A DNA stretch of 64,000 bases from Mobula hypostoma (taxonomy: Eukaryota), in the NCBI RefSeq assembly GCF_963921235.1, contig NC_086108.1, positions 12,648,001 through 12,712,000 on the forward strand, read 5' to 3'. Of the stretch, positions 50,031 through 62,011 are shown in pieces (the stretch's first letter is position 1; every line of letters begins with the position of its first letter). Both the position numbers and the translations under genes were made by a program. Under the pieces are notes generated by a model that ran no database searches, was not told the DNA's origin, and saw only the letters and a program-made list of their open reading frames with translations.

Positions 50031-50395
50031 TTCTCTGAAGCTGATTTGCCAGTTTTCTGTCATCATTAACGAGTCAATGGATATCTTCCCAAAGCTGGAA
50101 CTTCCTTCCTCAGTATAAATCTTGTTTATTATTGTCAATAAACATACATCAATTAGATACATAAATATTGTATTTAAACACTATGAAAACTGCTGGATCT
50201 AATACTGAACCTTGCAGATCCAACTGTCTTTACCATCAGCCACTGAGCCATTGATCTGCTAGTCTGCATTGGTTCCAGTGGATTGAATTATCCTAATCAA
50301 TATTCCGCTTGGATCTCAGGAAAGGTCTTGCCAAAATCTACACAGACCATACCAAATGCCTTGGCCTCCTCAAATCTCCTTGTTACCTCCTTGAA

Positions 50396-51455
50396 TTTTT
50401 TTTGTAATTTATTTTTTATTGAAGTTCATCATCAAACAAACATTTCCATAAGATGTATTTCAGATATTGTACATACATATCATATAGTCATATATGCCAC
50501 AACTCTCCACATAATATTTATCTGAGGTATAAACTTATAGAAAAGGGAGGAAAGAAAGAACAAGCAAAAGGAGAAAACTATTCATTGATTTGTGAGAATA
50601 AAATCAGGCCTATGATGTGTTATGTAGTTAAACCATTTTTCCCAGTATGAATCAAATTGTTCCAACTTATGATTAACAGATGCTGTTATCTTCTCCATTT
50701 TGTAAATGTCCATTGTAATTTCCATTCACGTGTTTAAAGTTGGGCTCTCCTGTGATAACCATTTCCTGGTAAGAGTCTTTTTACCAGCCACCAGCAGTAC
50801 ATTCATTAAATATTTATCTCTTTTCTACCATTCTTGAGGTATGTAACCAAAATATATGGTCTTACTTTCTAAGGGTATTCCACATTTAAAGATGTCTTGT
50901 TGGGCATTATGTATCCCACTCCAATAGTCTTTGATAATGGAGCATTCCCAGAAAATATGATAATTGTTTGCATTTTGATTTCCACAATTTCTTCAGCAAA
51001 CAGGGAGGTTACTATCATAATGGGATTTCTGAGAGGGTGTAATAAAATATCTTATCAAGTTTTTCCATCCGAACTCCCCCCATTTCTGTGAACTGGTACA
51101 CTTCCATTGATACCTCCGTATTATTGTCTAGTCTTCCTCAGATATAATTATCCCTCCTTCTTTCTCCCATTTTGTTTTAATGTATGAAGTCGAAAATGTT
51201 TTAAGATTTGACAAACCCTTATACACGCTTGAAATGATTCTACTACCGTTATCTGAATGATATGCTTTTCTAGATAGCTTTATCAAACATGTACTTGCCT
51301 TGGCTACATTTTTAACCATCCTATTAACATTCTGTCGCATCTGTAAATACCGATAAAAGTCTTGTTTTTCTAATGTGTTTCTCTTTAAGCATTTCAAAAC
51401 TGAACAGTGTTCCTTCTTTCATTATATTGCAAAGAACTGTTATTCCTTTAGCTAT
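50396..51455 (-). mobile_element. 5'-truncated L1-clade LINE with a 10-bp TSD
   Basis: QDFYRYLQMR, KWEKEGG, RNCGNQNANNYHIFWEC (C-terminal Cys/His motif); AATAAA plus A-rich tail; TSD CCTCCTTGAA at 50386-50395 and 51456-51465. Confidence 0.88.
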
Positions 51456-52359
51456 CCTCCTTGAAATATTTAATTGTTAGTTAGATAATGGCTTAGCAAA
51501 TCTAGCACCTTTGGATGAACTGTGGCTTAGTGATGTCAATATCTTTCCTAGAAATTTGGCTTCCACTAATGTCAGATTGCACCTTGAGATGTCTTGATTG
51601 TCAATGAGGGGGAGATATTATTCCGGATCCACACTGATTGTGCTTTCCACAATCCAGGACAGGTCCTCTGAAATAGTACCACCCAGGAATTTAAAGTTGC
51701 TAACCCTCTTCACTTCTGATGATCCAATGATGACTGGTTCATGGACCACTGATTTCCCTCTCCTGAAGCCTACAATCAGTTCCTTTCTCTTGTTGACACT
51801 GAATGAGACACCAATCAGCCAAATTTTCAACATCCCTTCTGTATGCAAATTCATTACTACCCTTGATTCAGCCCACACTATCCACGTACGACCTTTCAAA
51901 GCACTTCTTCACAGTAGATATGAAAGCTGAGAAGTAATGCACAAGGTCAGGATTCCTTGAAATGTTCAACATGGTGAAAAAAGCAACGGACTCAAGCTGC
52001 TGGAGGAACCTAGTGGGTCAGTTAGCACCTGTGGAGGGAAATACGCAGTCGATGTTTCAGGCCGAGCCCTTTCATCAGTTGTCTCTGTTGGGAAAAAAGC
52101 GTTTGTCACATTTGCCCTCACTGAGTACAAAAGATGGGATATCAAGTCTTTGGTGAGACCACACCTGGACTGTTATGTGCAGTTCGAGTCGCCCAGCTGT
52201 AGGAAGGGTGGTATTAAGTTTGAGAGAATGCAGAAAAGATGCATATGGATGTTGCCAGGACTGGAGGACCTGAGTTAAATGGAGAGACTGGGATGCTTTA
52301 CATTGAGCTCTTTGGGCATAGCAACCTGCCGCTATTACTCCAATATCCACCCATCTGCT

Positions 52360-52692
52360 CTGCTCATTGGCTCCACATTAACTACTTCTTACACCGCCTG
52401 CCGGTGTAGCAACGCCAGGGTCACTGCTGGTGGAGCTGGGCTGGGGGCTGCACGAACTGCACAGCACGATCTTACCCATCTCCCCGAAGCTGGGATTTCA
52501 ATCAGGCTCTCGACGGTCCATTAACAGTACCTGGCTCCGTGTCGCGGCACTCGATTGCTACAGGCTGGAGAGTGAAGGCGGCTCGGATTGACGGACAGTT
52601 CGTTTAACCAATGCGATACGAGGTTTGTAGATGTCTGCCAATGATTGGTTTTTATGCCCTGCAGGGGCCGATACAGTTGCAGAGCGGCGAGG
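52360..52692 (+). promoter_or_regulatory. ERCC2 promoter/5' UTR: CpG-rich with CCAAT boxes
   Basis: CCAAT at 52608 and 52638, ATTGG at 52644 and ~52366; CpG enrichment directly upstream of the ATG. Confidence 0.6.
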
Positions 52693-52697
52693 ATGAG
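52693..52697 (+). CDS. ERCC2: ERCC2/XPD first coding exon (ATGAG, 5 coding nt)
   Basis: AGGATGAG|GTGAGT: strong donor in a CpG-rich region. Joins exon 2 in frame to give [10 protein letters not shown]. Confidence 0.85.
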
Positions 52698-52754
52698 GTG
52701 AGTGCGGAGTATTATGGGCTGTCGGCAGCTGGAATCCCAAGTTATTCCCAAATC

Positions 52755-53160
52755 CCCCCAACCCCTCTCATTCCCCCACTGCTTTACACCCTGATACTGC
52801 AAATCCCTCCAATCCCCCTCATCCCCTCTCTCACGTCCCGAGACCCCAACTCATTCCCAATTCGCCCTGACAGCCTCATCCCTCGAGACCCCAACCTATT
52901 CATAAATTCCTCGACACCCAATTCCCCTCTATCCCACACACATGAGACCCCAACTCATTCCCAAATTCTTCCACACCCCCAATCCCCCTCATTCCACTCT
53001 ATCCCACCCACCTGAGACCCCAACTCCCTCCAATCCCTCCTCCACCCCAACTAATTCCCAAATTCCTCCAGTAACCCTCATTCCCCTCCATCCCCCACTA
53101 TCCCACCTCCCCTGAGACCCTAAATCCCTCCATCCCACACTCCCGAAACCCCAACATTCC
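52755..53160. repeat. C-rich low-complexity repeats at the start of ERCC2 intron 1
   Basis: Recurrent GAGACCCCAACTCATTCCCAAATT-type units. Confidence 0.75.
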
Positions 53161-53580
53161 ATTTACTAAGGTCTATTGACATCTTCAAGCTTGCAAGAGC
53201 TGTTTTGAGTATATCCTGTCAACTTTCATGTCACTACTCCATCTGAGGTCCAGACATCAAGGCAGGCAGTCCCCAGGACTGTGTCCCTCTGATGGTATCT
53301 CTCTCTCTGTCCTCTCCTGCACCAGCTGTATGAATAGTCATAGAGTCATAGAAAAGTACAGCACAGAAACATTTCAGCCCATCTAGTTCGCGACAAACCA
53401 TTTAAACTGCCTGCTCCCATCGACCTGGATTGGGACCGTACCCCTACCCTAACCCTATCCAAACTTTTCTTAAATGGTGAAATCGAGTTCACATGCACCA
53501 CTTGTGCTGGCAACTCATTCCACACTCCTCTGGGTGAAGAAGTTTACCCTCATGTTCCCCTGAAACTTTTTACTTTTTAC

Positions 53581-53800
53581 GTGGCCAAGTGGTTAAGGTG
53601 TTCGTCTAGTTATCTGAAGGTCGCTAGTTTGAGCCTCAGCTGTGGCAGCGTATTTGTGTCCTTGAGCAAGGCACTTAATCATACATTGCTCTAGTGTCTG
53701 TGCAAGGAGTGGCGCCCCACACAGACTTCCAATCTGCGCCTTGTAAGGCATGAAAATGCCCGACACAGGCCTCTCATGGTCTGAGTCGATGTTCCTTCCC
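53581..53800 (+). mobile_element. tRNA-derived SINE inserted in a CR1 3' fragment
   Basis: GTGGCCAAGTGGTTAAGG (A box)...GCTAGTTTGAGCC (B-box-like); GTGTCCTTGAGCAAGGCACTTAA core. Confidence 0.82.
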
Positions 53801-53913
53801 CTTAACCCATGGCCTGGTGATGGGAGGAGAAGATGTGTTCGAGGACATTCTCAATCGGGTGGAGTGCATGATCCCCATCCTCACCTGTACTGGAGGGGAA
53901 CTACATGCACGGG

Positions 53914-56900
53914 ATAGAACCATAGAACCATAGAAACTACAGCACAGAAACAGGCCCTTTGGCCCTTCTTGGCTGTGCCGAACCATTTTCTGCCTAGTCC
54001 CACTGACTTGCACACGGACCATATCCCTCCATACACCTCCCATCCATGTATCTGTCCAATTTATTCTTAAATGTTAAAAAAGAACCCGCATTTACCACCT
54101 CGTCTGGCAGCTCATTCCATACTCCCACCACTCTCTGTGTGAAGAAGCCCCCCCCAATGTTCCCTTTAAACTTTTCCCCCCTCACCCTTAACCCATGTCC
54201 TCTGGTTTTTTTCTCCCCTTGCCTCAGTGGAAAAAGCCTGCTTGCATTCACTCTATCTATACCCATCATAATTTTATATACCTCTATCAAATCTCCCCTC
54301 ATTCTTCTACGCTCCAGGGAATAAAGTCCTAACCTATTCAGCCTTTATCTGTAACTGAGTTTCTCAAGTCCCGGCAACATCCTTGTAAACCTTCTCTGCA
54401 CTCTTTCAACCTTATTTATATCCTTCCTGTAATTTGGTGAGCAAAACTGAACACAATACTCCAGATTTGGCCTCACCAATGCCTTATACAACCTCATCAT
54501 AACATTCCAGCTCTTATACTCAATACTTTGATTAATAAAGGCCAATGTACCAAAAGCTCTCTTTACGACCCTATCTACCTGTGACAACACTTTTAGGGAA
54601 TTTTGTATCTGTATTCCCAGATCCCTCTGTTCCACTGCACTCCTCAGTGCCTTACCATTAACCCTGTATGTTCTACGTTGGTTTGTCCTTCCAACGTGCA
54701 ATACCTCACACTTGTCAGTATTAAACTCCATCTGCCATTTTTCAGCCCATTTTTCTAGCTGGTCCAAGTCCCTCTGCAGGCTCTGAAAACCTTCCTCACT
54801 GTCTACTACACCTCCAATCTTTGTATCATCAGCAAACTTGCTGATCCAATTTACCACATTATCATCCAGATCATTGATATAGATGACAAATAACAATGGA
54901 CCCATCCCTGTGGCACACCACTAGTCACAGGCCTCCACTCAGAGAAGCAATTCTCTACCACCACTCTCTGGCTTCTTCCATCGAGCCAATGTCTAATCCA
55001 ATTTACCACCTCTCCATGTATACCTAGCGACTGAATTTTCCTAACTAACCTCCCATGCGGGACCTTGTCAAAGGCCTTACTGAAGTCCATGTAGACTATA
55101 TCCACTGCCTTCCCTTCATCCACTTTCCTGGTAACCTCCTCGAAAAACTCCAACAGATTGGTCAAATATGACCTACCACGCACAAAGCCATGTTGACTCT
55201 CCCTAATAAGCCCCTGTCTATCCAAATGCTTGTAGATTCTGTCTCTTAGTACTCCCTCCAATACCTTACCTACTACTGACGTTAAACTCACCGGCCTATA
55301 ATTTCCCGGATTACTTTTCGATCCTTTTTTAAACAACGGAACAACATGAGCCACTCTCCAATCCTCCGGCACTTCACCCGTAGACAGCGACATTTTAAAT
55401 ATTTCTGCCAGGGCCCCTGCAATTTCAACACTAGTCTCCTTCAAGGTCTGAGGGAACACTCTGTCAGGTCCCGGGGATTTATCCACTTTAATTTTCCTCA
55501 AGACAGCAAGCACCTCCTCCTTTTCAATCTGTACAGTTTCCATGGTCTCACTACTTGATTCCCTCAATTCCATAGATTTCATGCCAGCTTCCTTAGTAAA
55601 TACAGACGCAAAAAACCTATTTAAGATCTCCCCTATTTCCTTTGGTTCCGCACAAAGCCGACCACTCTGATCTTCAAGAGGACCAATTTTATCCCTTACA
55701 ATCCTTTTGCTCTTAATATACTTGTAAAAGCTCTTTGGATTATCCTTCACTTTGACTGCCAAGGCAACCTCATGTCTTCTTTTTGCCCTCCTGATTTCTT
55801 TCTTAAGTATTTTCTTGCACTTCTTATACTCCTCAAGCACCTGATTTACCCCGTTTCCCTTACATTTCATACAACTCCCTCTTCTTCTTTATCAGAGTTG
55901 CAATATCCCTTGAGAACCAAGGTTCCTTATTCCTATTCAATTTGCCTTTAATCCTGACAGGAACATACAAACTCTGCACTCTCAAAATTTCCCCTTTGAA
56001 GGCTTCCCACCTACCAATCACATCTTTGCCAGAGAACAACCTGTCCCAATCCACGCTTTTTAGATCCTTTCTCATTTCTTCAAATTTGGCCTTCTTCCAG
56101 TTCAGAACCTCAACCCTAGGACCAGATCTATCCTTGTCCATGATCAAATTGAAACTAATAGTGTTATGATCACTGGAACCAAAGTGCTCCCCTACACAGA
56201 CTTCTGTCACTTGCCCTAATTCGTTTCCTAACAGGAGATCCAATATTGCATCCCCTCTAGTTGGTCCCTCTATATACTGATTTAGAAAACTTTCCTGAAC
56301 ACATTTTACAAACTCTAAACCATCTAGACCCCTAACAGTATGGGAGTCCCAATCAATGTATGGAAAATTAAAATCCCCTACCACCACAACTTTATGTTTC
56401 CTGCAGTTGCCTGCTATCTCTCTGTAGATTTGCTCTTCCAAGTCTTGTTGACTATTGAGTGGTCTGTAATACAATCCCACTAATGTGGCCATACCTTTCC
56501 TGTTTCTCAGCTCCACCCATAAGGACTCAGTAGACAAGCCCTCTAATCTGTCCTGCCTGAGCACTGCTGTAATATTTTCCCTAACAAGCAATGCTGCTCC
56601 CCCACCTTTCATTCCTCTGCCTCGATCACATCTGAAACATCGGAACCCTGGAATATTAAGCTGCCAGTCCTGCCCCTCCTGTAGCCAAGTTTCACTAATT
56701 GCTACAACATCGTAATTCCACGTGTCAATCCACGCCCTCAACTCATCCGCCTTCCCCGCAATACTCCTAGCATTGAAATATATACACCTCAGAAGATTTT
56801 TACCACCACTCACAACCTTTCTATCAGCGGATTTGCTTAAACTTTCAACATCATTTATTTTCACCCCAGCCACACTGTCAGCTCTGGCACTCTGGTTCCC

Positions 56901-58125
56901 ATCCCCCTGCAAATCTAGTTTAAAGCCTCCCCAATAGCACTAACAAACCTCCCTGAAAGGATATTGGTCCCCCTGTGGTTCAAGTGTAACCCGTCTCTCT
57001 TGTACAGGTCCCACCTGCCCCAGAAGAGGTCCCAATGATCCTGAAATCTGAAACCCTGCCCCCTACACCAGTTCCTCAGCCACGTGTTCCTCCTCCAGAG
57101 CATCCTATTCCTACCCTCACTGGCACCTAGCACAGGTAGCAATCCTGAGATTACCACCCTTGAGGTCCTGCTTTTCAACTTCCTACCAAGCTCTCTATAC
57201 TCACTGTCCAGGACCTCTTCACTCTTCCTTGCTACGTCATTGGTACCGATGTGCACCACGACATCAGGCTGGTCACCCTCCCACTTCAGAATGTCATGCA
57301 ATGGATCAGAGACATCCTTGACCCTGGCACCTGGGAGGCAACAAACCAGCCTGGATTCTCTGTCACGACCACAGAACCTTCTATCTGCACCTCTAACTAT
57401 CAAGTCCCCTATCACTATCGCTCTCCTCTTTTTCCCCCCTCCCTTCTGCACTGCAGAGCCAGACTCAGTGCCAGAGATCCGGCTACTGCAGCTAGTCCCA
57501 GGTAAGTCATCCCCCCAACAGTATCCAATGCGGTACACTTGTTGTTGAGGGGAATGGCCACAGGTGAACCCTGCTCTGCCTGCCCTTTCCTCTTCCCTCG
57601 CCTGACAGTGACCCAATTTCCTGTCCTCTGCTCCTTTGGCGTAACTACCTCCCTGTAGCTACTATCTATAATCTCCTCATTCTCCCGAATGATCCGCAGG
57701 TCATCCAGCTCCTGCTCCAGTTCCCTAACGCGGTTTGTCAGGAGCTGCAGCTGGATGCACTTCTTGCAGGTGTCGTTGTCAGGGACACCGGAGGGGCTCC
57801 CTGACTTCCCACATCCTGCAAGAGGAGCATTCCAACATCCTGCCTGGCATTCTCACTACGCTAGACAATCTGAACAAAAAACTTACCGGAACCTACCCCG
57901 GCCTCTGCCTGTTCTCGCCGAAGCCTGTTTGAGCCAAAGCCGCCCCACTCTGACTCAGTCCACTCCAACGATGGCTGCTGTATATGGTGGTCTGCTTTTT
58001 AAACCTTGGCGCGCTACGTCACGCGCCTGCGCAATGCAGACCCTTCTCCCCGAGCAGTTTTTTAAAAAAAAAACAACTTTTTCGACCCGAATTCTTCCGC
58101 TCACTTCTTCAGCTTCTTGCTTCGA
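53914..58125 (-). mobile_element. Full-length CR1 LINE in ERCC2 intron 1 (antisense)
   Basis: CpG-rich 5' UTR; ORF1 from 57850 (CxxC..CxxC, leucine-rich coil, SGNH esterase GD.IVRG/HIGTND/DGLHLN); ORF2 APE (YFNARSI, AISETWL, GDFN, SDHN) plus RT (FADD); few frameshifts; (TTCTATGG)n tail. 5' boundary approximate. Confidence 0.95.
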
Positions 58126-59089
58126 CTTTATATTTGATAAAATAACTCTTGTGTGTTTTTAACATTTCTCTCACTGCGGGTTCATAGCGCAACCGCTTGC
58201 TTTGATATTGTTAAATTAAGAGAGGACAGAACGAGTAAGTCATGTCTGCTATTGCCTCATCGTTCTGATAGAGCACAAGCTCCAGAGAAAATGGACTAAC
58301 GGAATCCAAAAGCCATCTCCTGGTAACAACATTTACAAGGATGTTGCTAGGATTTGAGGACGTTATCAAAATCAGGTTTAATACTTTGTGGTGATAGTAC
58401 AATGCAATACATGGTATTAGAGAGAAAAAAAAGTGTTAACGGTTAAATTAAAGAAGTAGTTCAAAAATAGAAATAACAAAGTAGTGAGGTAGTGTTCATG
58501 GATTCAATGTTCATTCAGAAATCTGATATTAGAGGGCAAGAAGTTGTTCCTGAATCAATGAGTATGTGCCTCCTTCCTGATGGTAGCAATGAGAAGACAA
58601 CTTAACCTAGGTGATGGGGGTTCCTTACATGATTTTGGCATGGACTAGCTGGGCCAAAGGGCCCGTTGTTGTGCTGTACTTTTCTATGACTATGCAGAGA
58701 CTCGTTAAAATTTGTAAAGACAGAAGATCAGCTAGCCGATTTCAACCTCTTCAGCTGATGGGAGGTAGCAACATAGTTTCTCTGCACATAAAAGAGAGAG
58801 GTCCCAATGGAGGGATGAACAGTACAGCTAATGGTGTGGCTACAAAAGTCACCACACAAGCAGTGAAAACGTTAAAGAGCGACCCCAAGAACATGTTAAT
58901 CATTGGTGCAGAGTCTGAGACACTGACTGTATTCCAGCAACTATTGAGTGATAGGCTGGTGCTCCGAGACTTTGTGGTGGACTGGAAGTGAGGGATTAGG
59001 TCTTTTGAGGGTTTGACATTTCACGAGGCTCAAGGATGGTTTTCAGCAGCTGTCTGACAATTTTTTTTTGCTCTGTTGTATTTGTTTAG

Positions 59090-59189
59090 GCTGAACATTG
59101 ACGGATTGTTGGTGTACTTCCCCTATGATTACATCTACCCTGAGCAATACTCCTACATGCTGGAGCTGAAGAGAATCCTCGATGCCAAG
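59090..59189 (+). CDS. ERCC2: ERCC2/XPD (TFIIH helicase) exon 2 (100 nt); the gene continues beyond the window
   Basis: tttgtttag|(R)[33 protein letters not shown]|gtgagg; closely matches the XPD N-terminus [25 protein letters not shown]. Confidence 0.97.
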
Positions 59190-60532
59190 GTGAGGAGGTG
59201 GGTGGGTTGAGGGTTGGCAGGGGGGGTAAATGAAGATGGTGTTAAAGAAGGTGAGATTTGAGGGGGAGTATTGAGGTGGTGGAGGAACTGTTACACACAC
59301 TGCCACTTCCTGCTTCTAGGGATCTATTTAATATCTGGTTTATAGGCTGGCTCCTGTCACTAACAGAATGTGGCATTTGATTCCCTAAAGCCTATAATTC
59401 AGAAACCTGTTCCATTCGTCAGCCTGATTGGAGTTCGTATCTCCCTCACCCATTCACTCACTTCTGTTCAGTCGTCCTTCAAACTCCATCTTGAAAAGCT
59501 ATTTAATTCCGGGTGGGGAAGAGTCCCAGATCTCCTTCACTCTCTGTCATGAACTATACCCTATTTTAGGAACCTGTCATCTTTTTCCAGCTTTCCCCAC
59601 CAGAGCAAACTTGTCTTTTTCTGTTGATCCATCGATGATTGAAACAGATCATCTCAGCCTTCTAAACTTCGAGAGTGTATGTAGAACAGAACAGCACAGG
59701 AAAAGACCCTTTGGCCCACAATGTTGTGCCAAACTAATTCATCTAGTAATCAAATAGCCAACTAAACTCTTCTGCCTACGCAATGTCTATATCCTTCCAT
59801 TTTCCTCATCAAGGACACGACCCACTCAGCCAACGCACTTTTCGTCCCTCTTCCCTCTGGGAGAAGGTTCAGGAGCTTGAAGACTCTTTCCAACTGTGAT
59901 AAGACTGCTGAATGGATCCTGACCCGGATCTCGGCCATACCCTCGAAATATCCGGACCTGCCTCTCGGTTTTTTTGCACTACCTTACTTCCCATTTTTCT
60001 ATTTTCTATTTATGATCTATAATTTAAATTTTTAATATTTACTAATTGTAACTACTTTTAATATTTAAAATTTGTAATCCAGGGAGAGTGAAGCGCAGAT
60101 ATCACTGTGATGATTGTACGTTCTAGTACCAATTGTTTGGCGACAATAAAATATAAAGTATTTGTGTGCCTATGTAAACATCTCTTAAAAGTCTCAAATG
60201 TACTTGCCTCTAACACCACCTTAGTCAGGGCATTCCAGGCACTCACCACTCTCTGTGTAAAAGTCTTGCCCCTCACCTTACGTGCATGCCCTCTGGTATT
60301 AGACATTTCAACCCTTGGAGGAAGATACTGTTGGCTACTCTATCTATGCCTCTCATAATCTTATTAACCTCTATCAGATCTCTCCTCACCCTCCATTGCT
60401 CTAGAGAAAACAACCAAAGTTTATCCAGCCTCTTGTGACTTCACATGCCACCTAATCCAAGCAGCATCCTGGTAAACCTCTTCTGCATCCTTCATATAGT
60501 GAGGTGATCAGTAATGTACACAGTACTCCAGA

Positions 60533-61515
60533 CAACACACACAAAATGCTAGTGGAATGCAGCAGGCCAGGCAGCCTCTAGGAAGGAGTACAGTCGACGT
60601 TTCGGGTTGAGACCCTTCGTCAGGACCAATGGGAAAAAGAGATAGTAAGAGATTTGAAAGTGGGAGGGGGAGGGGGAGACCCGAAATGATTAGAGGAAAC
60701 AGGAGAGCTAAGAGCTGGGAAGTTGATTGGCAAAAGGGATACAAGGCTGGAGAAGGGGGAGTATCATGGGACAGGAGGCCTTGGAAGAAAGAAAGGGGGA
60801 GGGGAGCACCAGAGGAAGATGGAGAACAGGCAAGGAGTTATTGTGAGAGGGAAAGAGAGAAAAAATAAATAAATAAATTAGGGATAGGGTAAGAAGGGAA
60901 GGAGGGGCATTAACGGAAGTCAGAGAAATCAATATTCATGCCATCAGGTTGGAGGCTATCCAGACGGAATATAAGGTGTTGTTCCTCCAACCTGAGTGTG
61001 GCTTCATCTTTACAGTAGAGGAGGCCGTGAATAGACATATCAGAATGGGAATGGGATGTGGAATTAAAATGTGTGGCCACTGGGAGATCCTGCTTTCTCT
61101 GGTGGACAGAGTGTAGGTGTTCAGCGAAACGGTCTCCCAGCCTGCATCGGGTCTCACCAATATATAGAAGGCCACACCGGGAGCACCGGACACAGTATAT
61201 CACACCAGCAGACTCACAGGTGAAGTGTCGCCTCACCTGGAAGGACTGTCTGGAGCCCTGAATGGTGGTGAGGGAGGAAATGTAAGGGCAGGTGTAGCAC
61301 TTGTTCCGCTTACAAGAATAAGTGCCAGGAGGTAGATCGGTTGCGAGGAATGGGAGGGAGCGAATCAACAATGTAGTCACGTAGTGAGCGACCCCTGCGG
61401 AAAGCAGAAAGTGTGGCGGAGGCAAAGATGTGCTTGGTGGTGCGTTCCACCAGCATTTTGTGTGTGTTGCTTGAATTTCCAGCATTTGCAGATTTCCTCG
61501 TGTTTGCATTTTTAA
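60533..61515 (-). mobile_element. Penelope-like element with an inverted 5' segment and a 13-bp near-perfect TSD
   Basis: PGTYSCKRNKCYTCP..FTCESAGVIYCVRCSRCGLLYIGET; 61441-61507 is an inverted tail copy; TSD ACA[G/A]TACTCCAGA at 60520-60532 and 61516-61528. Confidence 0.92.
60591..60628 (-). ncRNA. Minimal type I hammerhead ribozyme (intact core)
   Basis: TGGTC CTGACGA AGGGTCTCAACCC GAAAC GTC^GACTG. Confidence 0.8.
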
Positions 61516-62011
61516 ACAATACTCCAGATACGGCCTAACTAGAGTTTTATAAACTTGCAACATAACTGGCTGAGTTTCAAACTCAGTGTCTCAATTAATA
61601 AAGGCAAGTATGCCATATGCCTTCTTAACCACCCTATCAACCAGTGTAGTCACTTTCAGAAACCTTTCAGGGGTTTTGCCCTTATCAGTGTTCTGTCTCT
61701 TTATATTTGACCTAACAAGGTGCAACACTTCACATTGGGCCGAGTTAAACTCCACCTGCCATTTCTCCTCAACTTCACTCCAACGCTGAACTCAATGGAA
61801 TGTATAGACTCACTTTCAAGGACTCTTCATCTCATATTCTTGATATGTTTTGCTTATTTATTATTACTATTATTATTCTTTTGGTACTTGCACAGTTTGT
61901 TGTCTCTTGCACGGTTGTTTGTCCATCTTGTGTGGTCTTTCATTGACTTTATTGTGTTTCTCTGTATTTACTGTGAATGCACACTAGAAAATGAATCTCA
62001 TGGTTGTATAT

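Larger units (their letters stand above)
59680..61760 (-). mobile_element. CR1 fragment hosting nested Rex/L2-like and Penelope insertions
   Basis: MLQVYKTLVRPYLEYC..|insert|; SNTRGHARKVRGK.FTQRVVSAWNAL. Confidence 0.75.

Noticed and set aside
53581..53655. tRNA gene
   Set aside because: It is the head of a SINE with a second copy at 44642-44884; no convincing cloverleaf.
53805..53913. Short exon-like stretch (GLVMGGEDVFEDILNRVECMIPIL)
   Set aside because: No clear splice sites or recognisable homology; it is wedged between repeats.
60910..61563. 217-aa CR1-Penelope fusion ORF
   Set aside because: Chance in-frame read across a CR1 remnant, the inverted tail and the GIY-YIG fragment of a nested insertion.
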